This document shows positions 1 to 12,788 of a stretch of DNA of 64,000 bases, piece after piece; positions within the stretch are counted from its first letter, which is position 1, and the number at the start of each line of letters is the position of its first letter. The stretch is taken from the NCBI RefSeq assembly GCF_054482595.1, contig NZ_CM137008.1; one strand, given 5' to 3'. Position numbers and translations under genes: made by a program. The notes under the pieces were generated by a model. That model saw only the letters and a list, made by a program, of their open reading frames with translations. It made no database searches and had not been told where the DNA came from.

Positions 1-678
1 TAAGTAACGATGCGTCATGGCATCGTTATGCCATGAGGCGGGTAACTCGATGCGATCCGCCATTTCACCTTCCGGGACATCCAGCACCTGCTGTAAGGGT
101 GAAACCGATTTGCAATACCAGTAGCGGGCGAAATCATCGGCAACGTCCTCTACTACGGGTCCTATTGCCATGACATCTAAATCCGAAAAAAGTGGCTCTT
201 CCCCTGCCCCAAAATAGGCATCACCAATATTTCGCCCCCCTACCAGCGTCACCACGCCATCGACAGTGAAACTTTTATTGTGCATACGGCGATTGAGACG
301 GGAAAAGTCGGTGATATAACCAAGCGGACGCAGCAAGCGAAACGAGAAAGGATTAAAAAGCCGGACTTCAATGCGGGGATGGCTGTCAAGCAAGCGTAAA
401 ATGTCGTCAAGTCCGGGCGTATTGTTGTCGTCCAGCAACAAACGGACGCGAACGCCACGCTTTGCTGCGGCTAACAGGGCGGAAAACAGTAACCGACCCG
501 ACATATCGTCCTGCCAGATGTAATACTGAACATCCAGCGTATGCTCTGCCATTTCGGCCAGAAGATACCGGGCGGCAAACGCATCCAGACTTTTCTCCAG
601 AGGGAAAAGACCACACTGACCGGGATGTTGCGAACACAGTGGCAGCACCGCGCTCGCCAGCCGGGGCAAATCATTCAT
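1..678 (-). CDS. clsC: cardiolipin synthase C (phospholipase-D family); N-terminal ~226 codons, 3' end lies beyond window start
   Basis: Manual minus-strand translation from ATG 678..676 gives [58 protein letters not shown]... open to position 1, with an HxKxxxxD (HNKSFTVD) motif. Absent from the ORF track because no stop lies inside the window. Start overlaps the ymdB stop; synteny ymdA-ymdB-clsC as in K-12. Confidence 0.8.
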   Translation of the reverse strand, partial: MNDLPRLASAVLPLCSQHPGQCGLFPLEKSLDAFAARYLLAEMAEHTLDVQYYIWQDDMSGRLLFSALLAAAKRGVRVRLLLDDNNTPGLDDILRLLDSHPRIEVRLFNPFSFRLLRPLGYITDFSRLNRRMHNKSFTVDGVVTLVGGRNIGDAYFGAGEEPLFSDLDVMAIGPVVEDVADDFARYWYCKSVSPLQQVLDVPEGEMADRIELPASWHNDAMTHRYL

Positions 679-1204
679 CTCCTTGTTGGGTAAGGAGTCT
701 TTCGTAGAGGTGGGCGTTTTCTTCATCATAACAGACAAAGTATACCTGTTCGGGTAAAGCGTGACGGGTAATAAATTCTGAAACGGTTTTTACTGCGATT
801 TCAGCCGCTGCCGCACGAGGGTAACCATAAACCCCAGTACTGATTGCAGGAAAAGCCACTGACGTATAGCTGTTTGCCGCCACCAGTCGCAGGCTATTGA
901 GATAGGCATCCTGCAAAAGCTGGTCTTCGTTTTGTTCACCACCACGCCAGACTGGCCCGACGGTGTGCACTACGGCTTTAGCGGGAAGATCGCCTGCAAG
1001 CGTAATAACGGCATGCCCCGTAGGGCAATCGCCCTGCTGTTGCCTGACTTTTAAACAAGCATCCAGCAGGGCCGGACCCGCTGCGCGATGAATGGCCCCA
1101 TCGACGCCGCGCCTCCCATTAATGACGGATTAGCCGCATTCACAATCACATCAACGGCCAGTTTGGTAATATCACCCTGCACAACATGAATACGCGTTTT
1201 CATA
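671..1204 (-). pseudogene. ymdB: macrodomain O-acetyl-ADP-ribose deacetylase YmdB, disrupted by a 1-bp deletion
   Basis: ATG at 1204..1202 translates [31 protein letters not shown], then goes out of frame inside the conserved GGGGVDGAIH codon run (+ strand reads gacgccgcgcctcc around 1105-1115, one c short) and stops near 1051. The C-terminal 99 codons (ORF 671..970, [10 protein letters not shown]...QQGDE) are in another frame. Confidence 0.75.
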
Positions 1205-1297
1205 ACGCCTCCTTACACCTTCTTGTTTCTTAAGTGTACAGCAGGCTTTTTGGTTAAATCGCATTTTTCTGCTCAGCAACGTGAGTTGTTCAGAAAC

Positions 1298-2062
<765 letters not shown>

Positions 2063-2120
2063 ATTCTTCTCCCGAAAAAAAACAGGGCTTGCGCCCTGTT
2101 TCTTTAATACAGATGATGTA

Positions 2121-2579
2121 TTAGTACTGATGAGCGGTCGCGTTGTTACCAAAGCCAACCTGAGTTACGTTGACGGTGGAATTAGATGCAGTCTGGTCAA
2201 CCGCTGCACCGTTGCCGCCACCGAACTGTTTAACTGTCATATGAGAGTCTTTACCGTTCCACTGATCAAGAGTGGCGCTGTTACCAAAGCCACGTTGGGT
2301 CAGATCGATTGAGCTGTCATCTGAGCCCTGACCAACATCTGCACCGTTACCACCACCATGCTGGGTAATAGTCAAGTCAGAGTTACGGGCATCAGCTTGC
2401 AGAGCAAGTGCAGAGTTACCACCACCGTACTGATAAATATTCAGCTCTGAATTCGGGCCGCTGTTATTACCACCACCACCGTGGTTACCGCCACCGCCGC
2501 CGTACTGAGGAACAACACCTGCCAGAGCGCTACCGGAGAATACGATTGCTGCAATTGCTGCTACTTTTAAAAGTTTCAT
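2121..2579 (-). CDS. csgA: major curlin subunit CsgA
   Basis: Signal peptide MKLLKVAAIAAIVFSGSALA, Gly-rich N-terminus and five imperfect Q/N-rich amyloid repeats ending ATAHQY. Confidence 0.95.
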   Translation of the reverse strand: MKLLKVAAIAAIVFSGSALAGVVPQYGGGGGNHGGGGNNSGPNSELNIYQYGGGNSALALQADARNSDLTITQHGGGNGADVGQGSDDSSIDLTQRGFGNSATLDQWNGKDSHMTVKQFGGGNGAAVDQTASNSTVNVTQVGFGNNATAHQY

Positions 2580-2619
2580 GTAAAACCCCCATCGGATTGA
2601 TTTAAAAGTCGAATGGAAA

Positions 2620-3075
2620 TTAACGTTGTGTCACGCGAATAGCCATTTGCGACTGTCTCTGCACTACAATTGCCGTTTTTTGAGTACCATACTGTGTAAT
2701 ATTTGCTTTATTACCAGAACCTTTCTGGATAATCATCGCAGTATTACCATAAGCACCTTGCGAAATACTGGCATCGTTGGCACTGCCCGCCTGATCAATA
2801 TATGCAAGGTTATAATCTCCTGTCTGGTCAATCTTTGCCCGGTTGCTACTACCTTCTTGCGCAACAACCGCCAAAAGTTTTGAGCCTCCCTGCCGTAACT
2901 GAGCACTATTATTAGTCCCAGCTTGACCAATTATGGCTGCCTGATTAAATGAAGACTTACTCAATTCATTTACCGCGAAGTTATATTCTGAATTAGCTAA
3001 ATCATAACCTGCTGCGGCTGCAATCCCAGGCGCACCCAATATTGTTAACATCATAAATAACAATTTGTTTTTCAT
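2620..3075 (-). CDS. csgB: minor curlin nucleator CsgB (151 aa)
   Basis: Internal start MKNKLLFMMLTILGAPGIAAA...; curlin repeat architecture; directly upstream of csgA. Confidence 0.95.
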   Translation of the reverse strand: MKNKLLFMMLTILGAPGIAAAAGYDLANSEYNFAVNELSKSSFNQAAIIGQAGTNNSAQLRQGGSKLLAVVAQEGSSNRAKIDQTGDYNLAYIDQAGSANDASISQGAYGNTAMIIQKGSGNKANITQYGTQKTAIVVQRQSQMAIRVTQR

Positions 3076-3828
3076 GTTGTCACCCTGGACCTGGTCGTAC
3101 ATTTAAGAAATTAAATCATTTCAACTTGGTTGTTAACGCAACCTGTATTTTGTTAACGCTGCGTTACGATGGAAAGTATGTCTGCGGAAATATTTTTAAT
3201 AACTCACCCGCGCGTTGTATTTTTCTTTTTTTGTTCATACCAAAGTATTAAAAGCCACGTAAATACGCTGTTATCTACGCAAAAAATATTTTGTTTTCTT
3301 TTAAATCTCCGTTTTCCGCTAGCAAAAAACACCAGACAGTCATTCTTCTTGCCCGTCGCTGATTGCTGCGATATGTCTTGCGCACAAGCCGTGACAAACC
3401 TCGTCTTTTTGCAGTAAAAAATTGTCCACGGTGGTGTGGAGAAAAAACAAGAACGTTTTACATGACGAAAGGACTACACCGAAATATTTTTTATATGCAT
3501 TATTAGTAAGTTAGCACCATTTGTATGATTTTTTAAAATTGTGCAATAAAAACCAAATGTACAACTTTTCTATCATTCCTAAACTTAATAAAACCTTAAA
3601 GTTAACATTTCAATATAACGAGTTACATTTAGTTACATGTTTAACACTTGATTTAAGATTTGTAATGGCTAGATTGAAATCAGATGTAATCCATTAGTTT
3701 TATATTTTACCCATTTAGGGCTGATTTATTACTACACACAGCAGTGCAACATCTGTCAGTACTTCTGGTGCTTCTATTTTAGAGGCAGCTGTCAGGTGTG
3801 CGATCAATAAAAAAAGCGGGGTTTCATC
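3076..3828. promoter_or_regulatory. divergent csgBAC / csgDEFG intergenic regulatory region (promoters and long csgD 5' UTR)
   Basis: ~750 bp AT-rich ORF-poor spacer between divergent csgB and csgD. In E. coli this region is a known hub for OmpR, CpxR, IHF, H-NS, MlrA and sigma-S and for sRNA targeting of the csgD leader. Individual sites were not mapped here. Confidence 0.8.
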
Positions 3829-4479
<651 letters not shown>

Positions 4480-4483
4480 AGCC

Positions 4484-4873
4484 ATGAAACGTTATTTACG
4501 CTGGATTGTGGCGGCAGAATTTCTGTTCGCCGCAGGGAATCTTCACGCCGTTGAGGTAGAAGTCCCGGGATTGTTAACTGACCATACTGTTTCCTCTATT
4601 GGCCATGATTTTTACCGAGCCTTTAGTGATAAATGGGAAAGTGACTATACGGGTAACTTAACGATTAATGAAAGGCCCAGTGCACGATGGGGAAGTTGGA
4701 TCACTATAACGGTCAATCAGGACGTTATTTTCCAGACTTTTTTATTCCCGTTGAAAAGAGACTTCGAAAAAACTGTCGTCTTTGCACTGATTCAAACTGA
4801 AGAAGCACTAAATCGTCGCCAGATAAATCAGGCGTTATTAAGTACGGGCGATTTGGCGCATGATGAATTCTAA
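4484..4873 (+). CDS. csgE: curli secretion specificity factor CsgE (129 aa)
   Basis: ORF track; order csgD-E-F-G with short spacers. Confidence 0.95.
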
Positions 4874-4897
4874 ATAAAAAATTGTTCGGAGGCTGCA

Positions 4898-5314
4898 ATG
4901 CGTGTCAAACATGCAGTAGTTCTACTCATGCTTATTTCGCCATTAAGTTGGGCTGGAACCATGACTTTCCAGTTCCGTAATCCAAACTTTGGTGGTAACC
5001 CAAATAATGGCGCTTTTTTATTAAATAGCGCTCAGGCCCAAAACTCTTATAAAGATCCGAGCTATAACGATGACTTTGGTATTGAAACACCCTCAGCATT
5101 AGATAACTTTACTCAGGCCATCCAGTCACAAATTTTAGGTGGGCTACTGTCGAATATTAATACCGGTAAACCGGGCCGCATGGTGACCAACGATTATATT
5201 GTTGATATTGCTAACCGCGATGGTCAATTGCAGTTGAACGTGACAGATCGTAAAACCGGACAAACCTCGACCATCCAGGTTTCGGGTTTACAAAATAACT
5301 CAACCGATTTTTAA
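4898..5314 (+). CDS. csgF: curli assembly/nucleation factor CsgF (138 aa)
   Basis: ORF track; signal peptide; operon position. Confidence 0.95.
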
Positions 5315-5340
5315 GCCCCAGCTTCATAAGGAAAATAATC

Positions 5341-6174
5341 ATGCAGCGCTTATTTCTTTTGGTTGCCGTCATGTTACTGAGCGGATGCTTAACCGCCCCG
5401 CCTAAAGAAGCCGCCAGACCGACATTAATGCCTCGTGCTCAGAGCTACAAAGATTTGACCCATCTGCCAGCGCCGACGGGTAAGATCTTTGTTTCGGTAT
5501 ACAACATTCAGGACGAAACCGGGCAATTTAAACCCTACCCGGCAAGTAACTTCTCCACTGCTGTTCCGCAAAGCGCCACGGCGATGCTGGTCACGGCATT
5601 GAAAGATTCTCGCTGGTTTATACCGCTGGAGCGCCAGGGCTTACAAAACCTGCTTAACGAGCGCAAGATTATTCGTGCGGCACAAGAAAACGGCACGGTT
5701 GCCATTAATAACCGAATCCCGCTGCAATCTTTAACGGCGGCAAATATCATGGTTGAAGGTTCGATTATCGGTTATGAAAGCAACGTCAAATCGGGCGGGG
5801 TTGGGGCAAGATATTTTGGGATCGGTGCCGACACGCAATACCAGCTCGATCAGATTGCCGTGAACCTGCGCGTCGTCAATGTGAGTACCGGTGAGATCCT
5901 CTCCTCGGTGAACACCAGTAAGACGATACTTTCCTATGAAGTTCAGGCCGGGGTTTTCCGCTTTATTGACTACCAGCGCTTGCTGGAAGGGGAAGTGGGT
6001 TACACCTCAAACGAACCCGTTATGCTGTGTCTGATGTCGGCTATCGAAACAGGGGTCATTTTCCTGATTAATGATGGTATTGACCGTGGTCTGTGGGATT
6101 TGCAGAACAAAGCAGAACGGCAGAATGACATTCTGGTGAAATACCGCCATATGTCGGTTCCACCGGAATCCTGA
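5341..6174 (+). CDS. csgG: curli secretion channel lipoprotein CsgG (277 aa)
   Basis: ORF track; lipobox LLSGC near the N-terminus; operon position. Confidence 0.95.
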   Translation: MQRLFLLVAVMLLSGCLTAPPKEAARPTLMPRAQSYKDLTHLPAPTGKIFVSVYNIQDETGQFKPYPASNFSTAVPQSATAMLVTALKDSRWFIPLERQGLQNLLNERKIIRAAQENGTVAINNRIPLQSLTAANIMVEGSIIGYESNVKSGGVGARYFGIGADTQYQLDQIAVNLRVVNVSTGEILSSVNTSKTILSYEVQAGVFRFIDYQRLLEGEVGYTSNEPVMLCLMSAIETGVIFLINDGIDRGLWDLQNKAERQNDILVKYRHMSVPPES

Positions 6175-6224
6175 CAGATAAAAAAGCCGGAATTATCATC
6201 CGGCATTTTACTGCTTAAGCGAAA

Positions 6225-6252
6225 GCGTGAGTGCCCCTCACGCTTTATTTTT
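6225..6252 (+). terminator. putative rho-independent terminator after csgG
   Basis: Inverted repeat gcgtgag / ctcacgc (6225-6243) followed by tttattttt; a second hairpin gccgg...ccggc sits at 6186-6205. Confidence 0.5.
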
Positions 6253-6729
6253 GATTTCCTGCTCACGGTGCGCCGTCTTTGCACTACGCGCCGCCAGCCA
6301 CAGGCCGCTGTTTTTCATTGCGTAACCAAATATCAGCCCAAGCGCCAGCGAAGGTAACACCAGTTTCCAGTCACCCTGCCCGGCAAACGTCGCGCATGCG
6401 CCTATAAACGTCCCCGGAACAAATGAAAGCAGCAGCTGTTTGGCCTGAATACACATCAGAAACGCGACAATACCGGTTATGACATAACCGAGAATTTCCA
6501 AATGTGGCGTCAGTGCACTACCGTAAATAATGACCATCGCCCACACCACGCCACTAAGCAGGGTTGCAGCGGAGATCGCCAGCCCTTTCAGCCCACCTTG
6601 CGGGCAGGCAAAGTAGGCCGTACAGCCCAGGAAGCCCGCCCAGCTTAGTAAGCCCAGGGAAACAGCCACCCATCCCCAGATACCGGAGAGAATGCCTGTT
6701 GTGATTGCAATAGAGAGAAGTATGTTCAT
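6238..6729 (-). CDS. ycdZ: inner-membrane protein YcdZ (DUF1097-type, 163 aa)
   Basis: Internal start MNILLSIAITTGILSGIWGW...; multiple hydrophobic helices; synteny. Confidence 0.8.
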   Translation of the reverse strand: MNILLSIAITTGILSGIWGWVAVSLGLLSWAGFLGCTAYFACPQGGLKGLAISAATLLSGVVWAMVIIYGSALTPHLEILGYVITGIVAFLMCIQAKQLLLSFVPGTFIGACATFAGQGDWKLVLPSLALGLIFGYAMKNSGLWLAARSAKTAHREQEIKNKA

Positions 6730-6830
6730 GCCGCGCATGATAGCAGAAAACGCGTCCATGAATGAGATCGAGCACACATTTTATGCAACAACAAATTATC
6801 TGTTGCAGTTATGAGTGACGCAGATCACAT

Positions 6831-7385
6831 TTACTCTTCAGAATCCTCTTCCAGCTCGTCCCACATTGCACTAATGGCATCACGGGTTAGCGGTGCCATG
6901 GTGCGCCAGAAAGGCGTGGTTGCATGGGCCTCCACTTTGCCAAGGAACGCGCCACACCAGGGTAACAGATACTCACTGAACAGTGTTCCCAGTGCTTCGC
7001 TCTCATCTTCCGTTGACTGATCTTCCAGCCAGGAAGCCGCAAGCAGCAATGTGCCGATGTGATCGGCTGGCGTATCCGCCAGTGGCATCCCTCGTTCAGA
7101 AAGAAAAGCGCGCACTTCCGCTTCCGTTGCGTCCTCAACCCATGCGCTACGATATGGCGGCACGGCACATTCATCGCCGATAAACAACGCATTGTAATCG
7201 GCAGAGACTTGCGTCATATCACAGCTTTTCTGCAAACGTGTCAGCAACTCATCCTGCTCCAGTGGCCAGTTCGCAGCCAGTTTCCCCTCACGAATCAGGG
7301 TAAACAGCGGCACCAGTAAAGGATCTTGTGGTTGGCGGTAATAGAGCGAACCCAGCACACGACAGAGGATAGAAAACTCGTTCAT
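6831..7385 (-). CDS. ycdY: TorD-family chaperone YcdY (184 aa)
   Basis: ORF track; paired with ycdX as in K-12. Confidence 0.8.
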   Translation of the reverse strand: MNEFSILCRVLGSLYYRQPQDPLLVPLFTLIREGKLAANWPLEQDELLTRLQKSCDMTQVSADYNALFIGDECAVPPYRSAWVEDATEAEVRAFLSERGMPLADTPADHIGTLLLAASWLEDQSTEDESEALGTLFSEYLLPWCGAFLGKVEAHATTPFWRTMAPLTRDAISAMWDELEEDSEE

Positions 7386-7408
7386 TAATATATTTCCATT
7401 ACTAGTAA

Positions 7409-8146
7409 TTAAAGGTCTGCAAATTCCGCAATCGGTGCCATACCGCGAGATTCAAGGAAGTTCAGTAAGCGGCGCGGAGAAACATTCAAAATGCGCTCTG
7501 GCGGAAAATCTACCGCGTCGAGGATTTTAAGACACTCTTCAAATTCCCCCATGGTAAACGCGGTGTGAGAATCCGAGCCTAATGCCACCCAACCTCCAGC
7601 ATCACGTACCGCTGCGGCTACCGCACGACAGTTGTCTTCACTGCCCTTACGTGAGTGTAAAAATGAGGAATTATTGATTTCCAGCGCCACCTGATGTTTC
7701 GCGGCTGCTTCAGCAACGGCTTTAACATCTATCTCATATTTCGGATTTCCGGGATGGCTTATTATATGCACATTGCCGCTGGCGATAGTGGCGATCATCG
7801 CTTGTGTATTGGTCGCTTTGTCATGTGGTGCAAAAACCGGCTCATGAAAACCGGCAATAATCAGATCCAGCGAATCAAACATTTTGCCGCTGCAGTCAAT
7901 TTCACCATCAACATTTTTAATGTTAGCTTCGATGCCGCGCAGGATCCCTACCCCATCAACCACTCGCGGCCAGATACGCATGTTAATGAAGTGCCAGTGA
8001 TGCGGCGCATCTTCCATATCCGGGCCATGATCGGTGATCGCAAAAAGTTTAATGCCCTTTTGTTTGGCCTGGGCAATGTAATCACTCAATGTGCTATATG
8101 CATGTGTGCTGGCAACGGTATGCATATGAAGGTCGACGGGATACAT
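7409..8146 (-). CDS. ycdX: PHP-family zinc phosphatase YcdX (245 aa)
   Basis: Begins [20 protein letters not shown] (PHP-domain His-rich metal site); synteny. Confidence 0.85.
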
Positions 8147-8200
8147 AACTCTCTCCTGTATTCAATTCCCGCCAAGGATAGCAGGAATCCTGATGCTTTA

Positions 8201-9178
<978 letters not shown>

Positions 9179-9372
9179 TTATCGTTATGATCTACAAAGG
9201 CCACCAGCATAACAAATCCGTGGTCGGTGGCAAAAAAAGCAGATTTCGCTTATTAAAACTGCATATTGATTGAAGTTTGAATAAACGCGCGATTTTTTCA
9301 AAAAGTTTGTTGACCTCAGGTCATGATTTCCCTAAATTAGCGCCCGTTCCAGCAAGACAGGAACGACAATTT

Positions 9373-9460
9373 GGTGAGGTGTCCGAGTGGCTGAAGGAGC
9401 ACGCCTGGAAAGTGTGTATACGGCAACGTATCGGGGGTTCGAATCCCCCCCTCACCGCCA
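9373..9460 (+). tRNA. serX: tRNA-Ser (anticodon GGA), class II with long variable arm, 88 nt
   Basis: GGTGAGGTGTCCGAGTGGCTGAAGGAGCACGCCTGGAAAGTG...GGTTCGAATCC...CTCACCGCCA; 7-nt anticodon loop CUGGAAA; T-loop GGTTCGAATCC; encoded CCA. Confidence 0.92.
9447..9460 (+). repeat. attL core: 14-bp direct repeat (ccccctcaccgcca) forming the serX 3' end
   Basis: Identical 14-mer recurs at 51067..51080 in the same orientation, immediately before a terminator-like hairpin that would be the native serX downstream sequence. Confidence 0.65.
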
Positions 9461-9466
9461 GATTAT

Positions 9467-9499
9467 AAGCGCATGTTATTGTTTAACATGCGCTTTTTT
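9467..9499 (+). terminator. rho-independent terminator immediately after serX (island-encoded side)
   Basis: Hairpin agcgcatgtta / taacatgcgct followed by ttttttatt. Confidence 0.55.
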
Positions 9500-9609
9500 A
9501 TTTATCCTTCCGGACAGTATGCCATCGGGTATGCCATCTGAAACCGGTTTATATGCCCCGCGATCATATCTTATCGGACAATTTCCGATCTTTGAGCATA
9601 CTGGCAAAG

Positions 9610-10452
9610 CTATACTGCCAGCATGTCAGGATAGTGTTTTGCGATAATATCATTCAGTCTGTCAACCAGTTCTGGTTTCCTGAACGTGATGTGTGCGGAG
9701 CCCTTCTTAAAGTATCTGATGCTGAACATCTCATCTTCATAGTCCTCTTTACCCTGAACAGACTGGATGTGGTCATCCAGACGAAGGGTGATGTTTTCCC
9801 GGTTGTCGGGGATCGGTTTGCCGCTGAACAGGTGCAGCATTCTTTCCAGGTCGGCAAGTCGATCTACCTGGTGCCCGGTGATAAGATGAAATCCCCACCG
9901 GTCCCATCTCACCAGATTGTTGACGATAATTTTACTGCCAAATTTACAGGGGCAATTAGTTTTGTAATTCCAGCTCAATCCCCTGAAGACGTTGATCACC
10001 CCTCGCTCAAACACTTCATCTTTGTTCTGGTGCAGTTGTTCAAATGTGCTCAGAATGTTCGCTTCACTGACTTCCGGAAAATTATCATACTCCAGTGACC
10101 GGTACCATGTATCACGGGCCTGTGCATCCATTAAGGAAAGCATCCCTGAACGTTGCATCAGGTCACGCCAGATTTCTCGGTCAAGATTCCGGGTAATGGC
10201 TTTCATTGCTGTTTCGGGTTTCTCCATCAGCCAGCAACCGCAGCGAAAATCCTGTTTCATGGCCCAGTCCGGGGCGGTTTTACCTCCAATACTTTCTGTC
10301 ATTGATGAGATTTCAGCCAGTTGCCGGATAAGTGTGTCGATTTGCAGCAGTGTACTCTTTCGTACAGCCAGAATGTGGCTGACTGAGGTTGAGCAGATAA
10401 CGTCCGTATGCCCGTTGACCACTTCCGGATGGGAGAGTGTGATTGCAGACAT
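9610..10452 (-). CDS. conserved island protein, probably DUF4942 family (280 aa)
   Basis: ORF track; position downstream of the CbtA toxin module at the island end as in CP4-like elements. Family name recalled, not searched. Confidence 0.5.
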   Translation of the reverse strand: MSAITLSHPEVVNGHTDVICSTSVSHILAVRKSTLLQIDTLIRQLAEISSMTESIGGKTAPDWAMKQDFRCGCWLMEKPETAMKAITRNLDREIWRDLMQRSGMLSLMDAQARDTWYRSLEYDNFPEVSEANILSTFEQLHQNKDEVFERGVINVFRGLSWNYKTNCPCKFGSKIIVNNLVRWDRWGFHLITGHQVDRLADLERMLHLFSGKPIPDNRENITLRLDDHIQSVQGKEDYEDEMFSIRYFKKGSAHITFRKPELVDRLNDIIAKHYPDMLAV

Positions 10453-10536
10453 AATTGATATTCCTTTTGGTTTATAAACGAAAACGCCAGCCGTATTCAG
10501 GCTGGCGTCAGTGGAATGAAGTCTGGTGAGTAAGAC

Positions 10537-10734
10537 TCACCTGTTCTGTTGCAGAAGCTGCTGTTGGCGCAGGGTACGGATATCTTCCCTGGCCTGTTCA
10601 ATGCAGGGCAGCAGTGCTGCTGAATCCGTTTTATCCTCATCGTTGTCGAAGATAATCCCTGATTCGCAGTCAATATTGTCCTGCAGCCACGCAATCAGAA
10701 TATCCAGCGCCGTTTCTGTGGTTAATGATTTCAT
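10537..10734 (-). CDS. small conserved hypothetical protein (YeeW/YpjJ-like position, 65 aa)
   Basis: ORF track; acidic small protein co-oriented with neighbours. Confidence 0.35.
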   Translation of the reverse strand: MKSLTTETALDILIAWLQDNIDCESGIIFDNDEDKTDSAALLPCIEQAREDIRTLRQQQLLQQNR

Positions 10735-10750
10735 GTTGTGAATTTACGGG

Positions 10751-11239
10751 TTACCAGTCGAAAGTGGGGAACCCCGGCAGACATTCTGCGCCGGCGTCCA
10801 GATGAATGAGACTGACGCCATAACGCCGGGTGAGAGTGACGACCAGACGACGGAACGTTCTTGACAGGCCCAGGCGTTTAAGCCGCAGAACCGGGTACGA
10901 CCATGCATCGGTACGTAACAGATAGCCGCTGCCTGTAAAATGAATCCATTCTGTTTCGCCGTCGTCATTAGTCTGGTGTGACAGCGAGTACAGCCAGGCG
11001 TTGTCCGTTTCCGTGATATGTGCGGTACTGCAACGTATGCCGGTAAGGGTTGTTAACGGTGGTGGTGTACTGGTTGACTGCTGGTCGGATTTATCGACCA
11101 CGCGGAGTGAATAACCGTTTTCAGAGACCTTGTTAATCAGTTCAGCGAGATTAACACCATCGACGTCAACGACAATGCGCCCCATGTTCAGCGCCTGCAT
11201 GTTAATGCTGTCGGCTTCCGGCGTCAGGGAAAGGTTCAT
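10751..11239 (-). CDS. hypothetical protein downstream of cbtA (possibly DUF5983-like, 162 aa)
   Basis: ORF track; start overlaps the cbtA stop by 4 nt, suggesting co-transcription. Confidence 0.4.
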   Translation of the reverse strand: MNLSLTPEADSINMQALNMGRIVVDVDGVNLAELINKVSENGYSLRVVDKSDQQSTSTPPPLTTLTGIRCSTAHITETDNAWLYSLSHQTNDDGETEWIHFTGSGYLLRTDAWSYPVLRLKRLGLSRTFRRLVVTLTRRYGVSLIHLDAGAECLPGFPTFDW

Positions 11240-11619
11240 TGTTTCGCCTCCTCCGGATGCTTGCCCAGGGTAATGTTATTTACCATTCTGTAATTGTCCC
11301 GGGTCATCAGGCCGGTCGCCCTGCGAGCCCGGAGAATATCAATGCTGTTGATTAACTGAGACGACGGGGCTCCTGCGCTGAATCCCGGCTGGTCAGTTCG
11401 TACCAGCACGTATTTTTCAACGAGAAAGTTCACCGCGTCACACAGTGAAATCCCTGCCTCAATATGCTGCTCAATCACACGTTCATCAGCGAACGGTGTG
11501 TCATTCAACGTAAGGCCATAGTGCTGGTCCAGCAGTCGGGTGAGCAGTGTCTGCCAGATTTCAACCGGAGACGGGCAGCGCGATGCCGCCCGTACGTGTG
11601 TGTCGGGTAATGTTTTCAT
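11236..11619 (-). CDS. cbtA: type IV toxin, CbtA/YeeV/YkfI family (cytoskeleton-targeting)
   Basis: Internal start MKTLPDTHV... followed by [54 protein letters not shown], close to recalled YeeV. Confidence 0.8.
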   Translation of the reverse strand: MKTLPDTHVRAASRCPSPVEIWQTLLTRLLDQHYGLTLNDTPFADERVIEQHIEAGISLCDAVNFLVEKYVLVRTDQPGFSAGAPSSQLINSIDILRARRATGLMTRDNYRMVNNITLGKHPEEAKQ

Positions 11620-11695
11620 ACTGAAGGTTTTCCTGATATGCAGAGATGAAAAATGGAAAAGTGGCGTGGTGAAAGCACCAGGCCGGAGCAGAAGG

Positions 11696-12076
11696 CTATT
11701 CCGGAGGGTTACTTTCCGTTTCGGTCGCAGGATAAACAGCCAGATAAACGTAACCACAGGAGCCGAGGGTGTCGGCATCGCAGGTCAGCCCTTTCGCATA
11801 CAGCGTGACGGTATGCTGATGCCGGGGATTCAGTTCACCGCTGGTGAGCATGAGTTCCAGTTGTTTCATCAGCAGTGGAAAAGCCTGGTCCAGATGGTAT
11901 GCATCCGCATTGCTGAACCGGCCTCTGATACCGGCGCGGTCTGCAAGGTAATGCAACCGGTTACCCTCCTGCACCAGACGTGCCCCGAAACAGGGCGTCA
12001 CGATGCAGGGCAGCCCCCACCAGGGGCGGTCTTTGTTGTCGTCGGGAAGCGTTGTCCCGGGGAGTGTGTCTGACAC
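11696..12076 (-). CDS. cbeA: type IV antitoxin, CbeA/YeeU family
   Basis: GTG start at 12076 preceded by gagga; product [54 protein letters not shown]..., close to recalled YeeU; 76 bp upstream of cbtA. Confidence 0.8.
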   Translation of the reverse strand: MSDTLPGTTLPDDNKDRPWWGLPCIVTPCFGARLVQEGNRLHYLADRAGIRGRFSNADAYHLDQAFPLLMKQLELMLTSGELNPRHQHTVTLYAKGLTCDADTLGSCGYVYLAVYPATETESNPPE

Positions 12077-12086
12077 GATAAAATCC

Positions 12087-12770
12087 TCACAGAAAATCGG
12101 TGAATGATAGTTTAACGATGACGGGGCAGCCGGCGCGCAGACCGGCTTCGGTGAAGGTATATTCGTTGATGAGAAGGGCCTCATCCACAGCGGCGTCTGA
12201 GGTCAGCCAGTCGTACTCGTTTTCCAGTTGACGGTACAACCAGAAGGCCAGGTCGCGCAGGGCTTCGCTGACTGCGGCTTCCGCATCGGTTGTCATAGCC
12301 TGACCAGTCGGACTGTTCCGGGTGACGGTGATATCCATGCAGTACGGATGGCAGTAACGTCCCCGGTGGTGGATTTCAGCCTGCAGTTGCCAGAAGTTAC
12401 GCTTCTGCACCGCCTGCAGGGCATCCGCGATACGATGAAGCTCACGGTCCTGCGGGGCATACACCCCGACTCTCCTGGCTGTTGCTGACTGCCAGTGCCA
12501 GCGTCCTTCAAAACAGGCTCCGTCCCCCTGGCTGCAGAATCCGCTGAACCAGATGCACGGCTCTTCCATAAACCTGCCGTTGCTGAGCCGGATAACACGC
12601 TGGCGGAGGTCAATCCCGAAAATGCCACAGACCTCCCTGAAGTCCCCATACACGTTTTCATACCAGTTGCTGTCAGCATGATGCTGACGGTACCAGTCGC
12701 GGGCTTTTTCCTGTGCGGTGGAGGATAGCTCATTCAGTGTATACACAGTGGTGGTGATAATTCTGCTCAT
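12087..12770 (-). CDS. hypothetical protein (227 aa) inserted between yeeT-like and cbeA; family not recognised
   Basis: ORF track; tightly packed between 12789 and 12076; Trp/Cys-rich (CIWFSGFCSQGDGACFEGRWHW, HHRGRYCHPYC). Confidence 0.5.
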   Translation of the reverse strand: MSRIITTTVYTLNELSSTAQEKARDWYRQHHADSNWYENVYGDFREVCGIFGIDLRQRVIRLSNGRFMEEPCIWFSGFCSQGDGACFEGRWHWQSATARRVGVYAPQDRELHRIADALQAVQKRNFWQLQAEIHHRGRYCHPYCMDITVTRNSPTGQAMTTDAEAAVSEALRDLAFWLYRQLENEYDWLTSDAAVDEALLINEYTFTEAGLRAGCPVIVKLSFTDFL

Positions 12771-12788
12771 CAGAGTGCCCTTACTGAC

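Noticed and set aside
407-674. Minus-strand ORFs 407..637 and 471..674 from the track
   Set aside because: Out of frame relative to clsC, whose true frame (ATG at 678) is open to the window edge and shows the PLD HKD motif; the track omits it only because it lacks an in-window stop.
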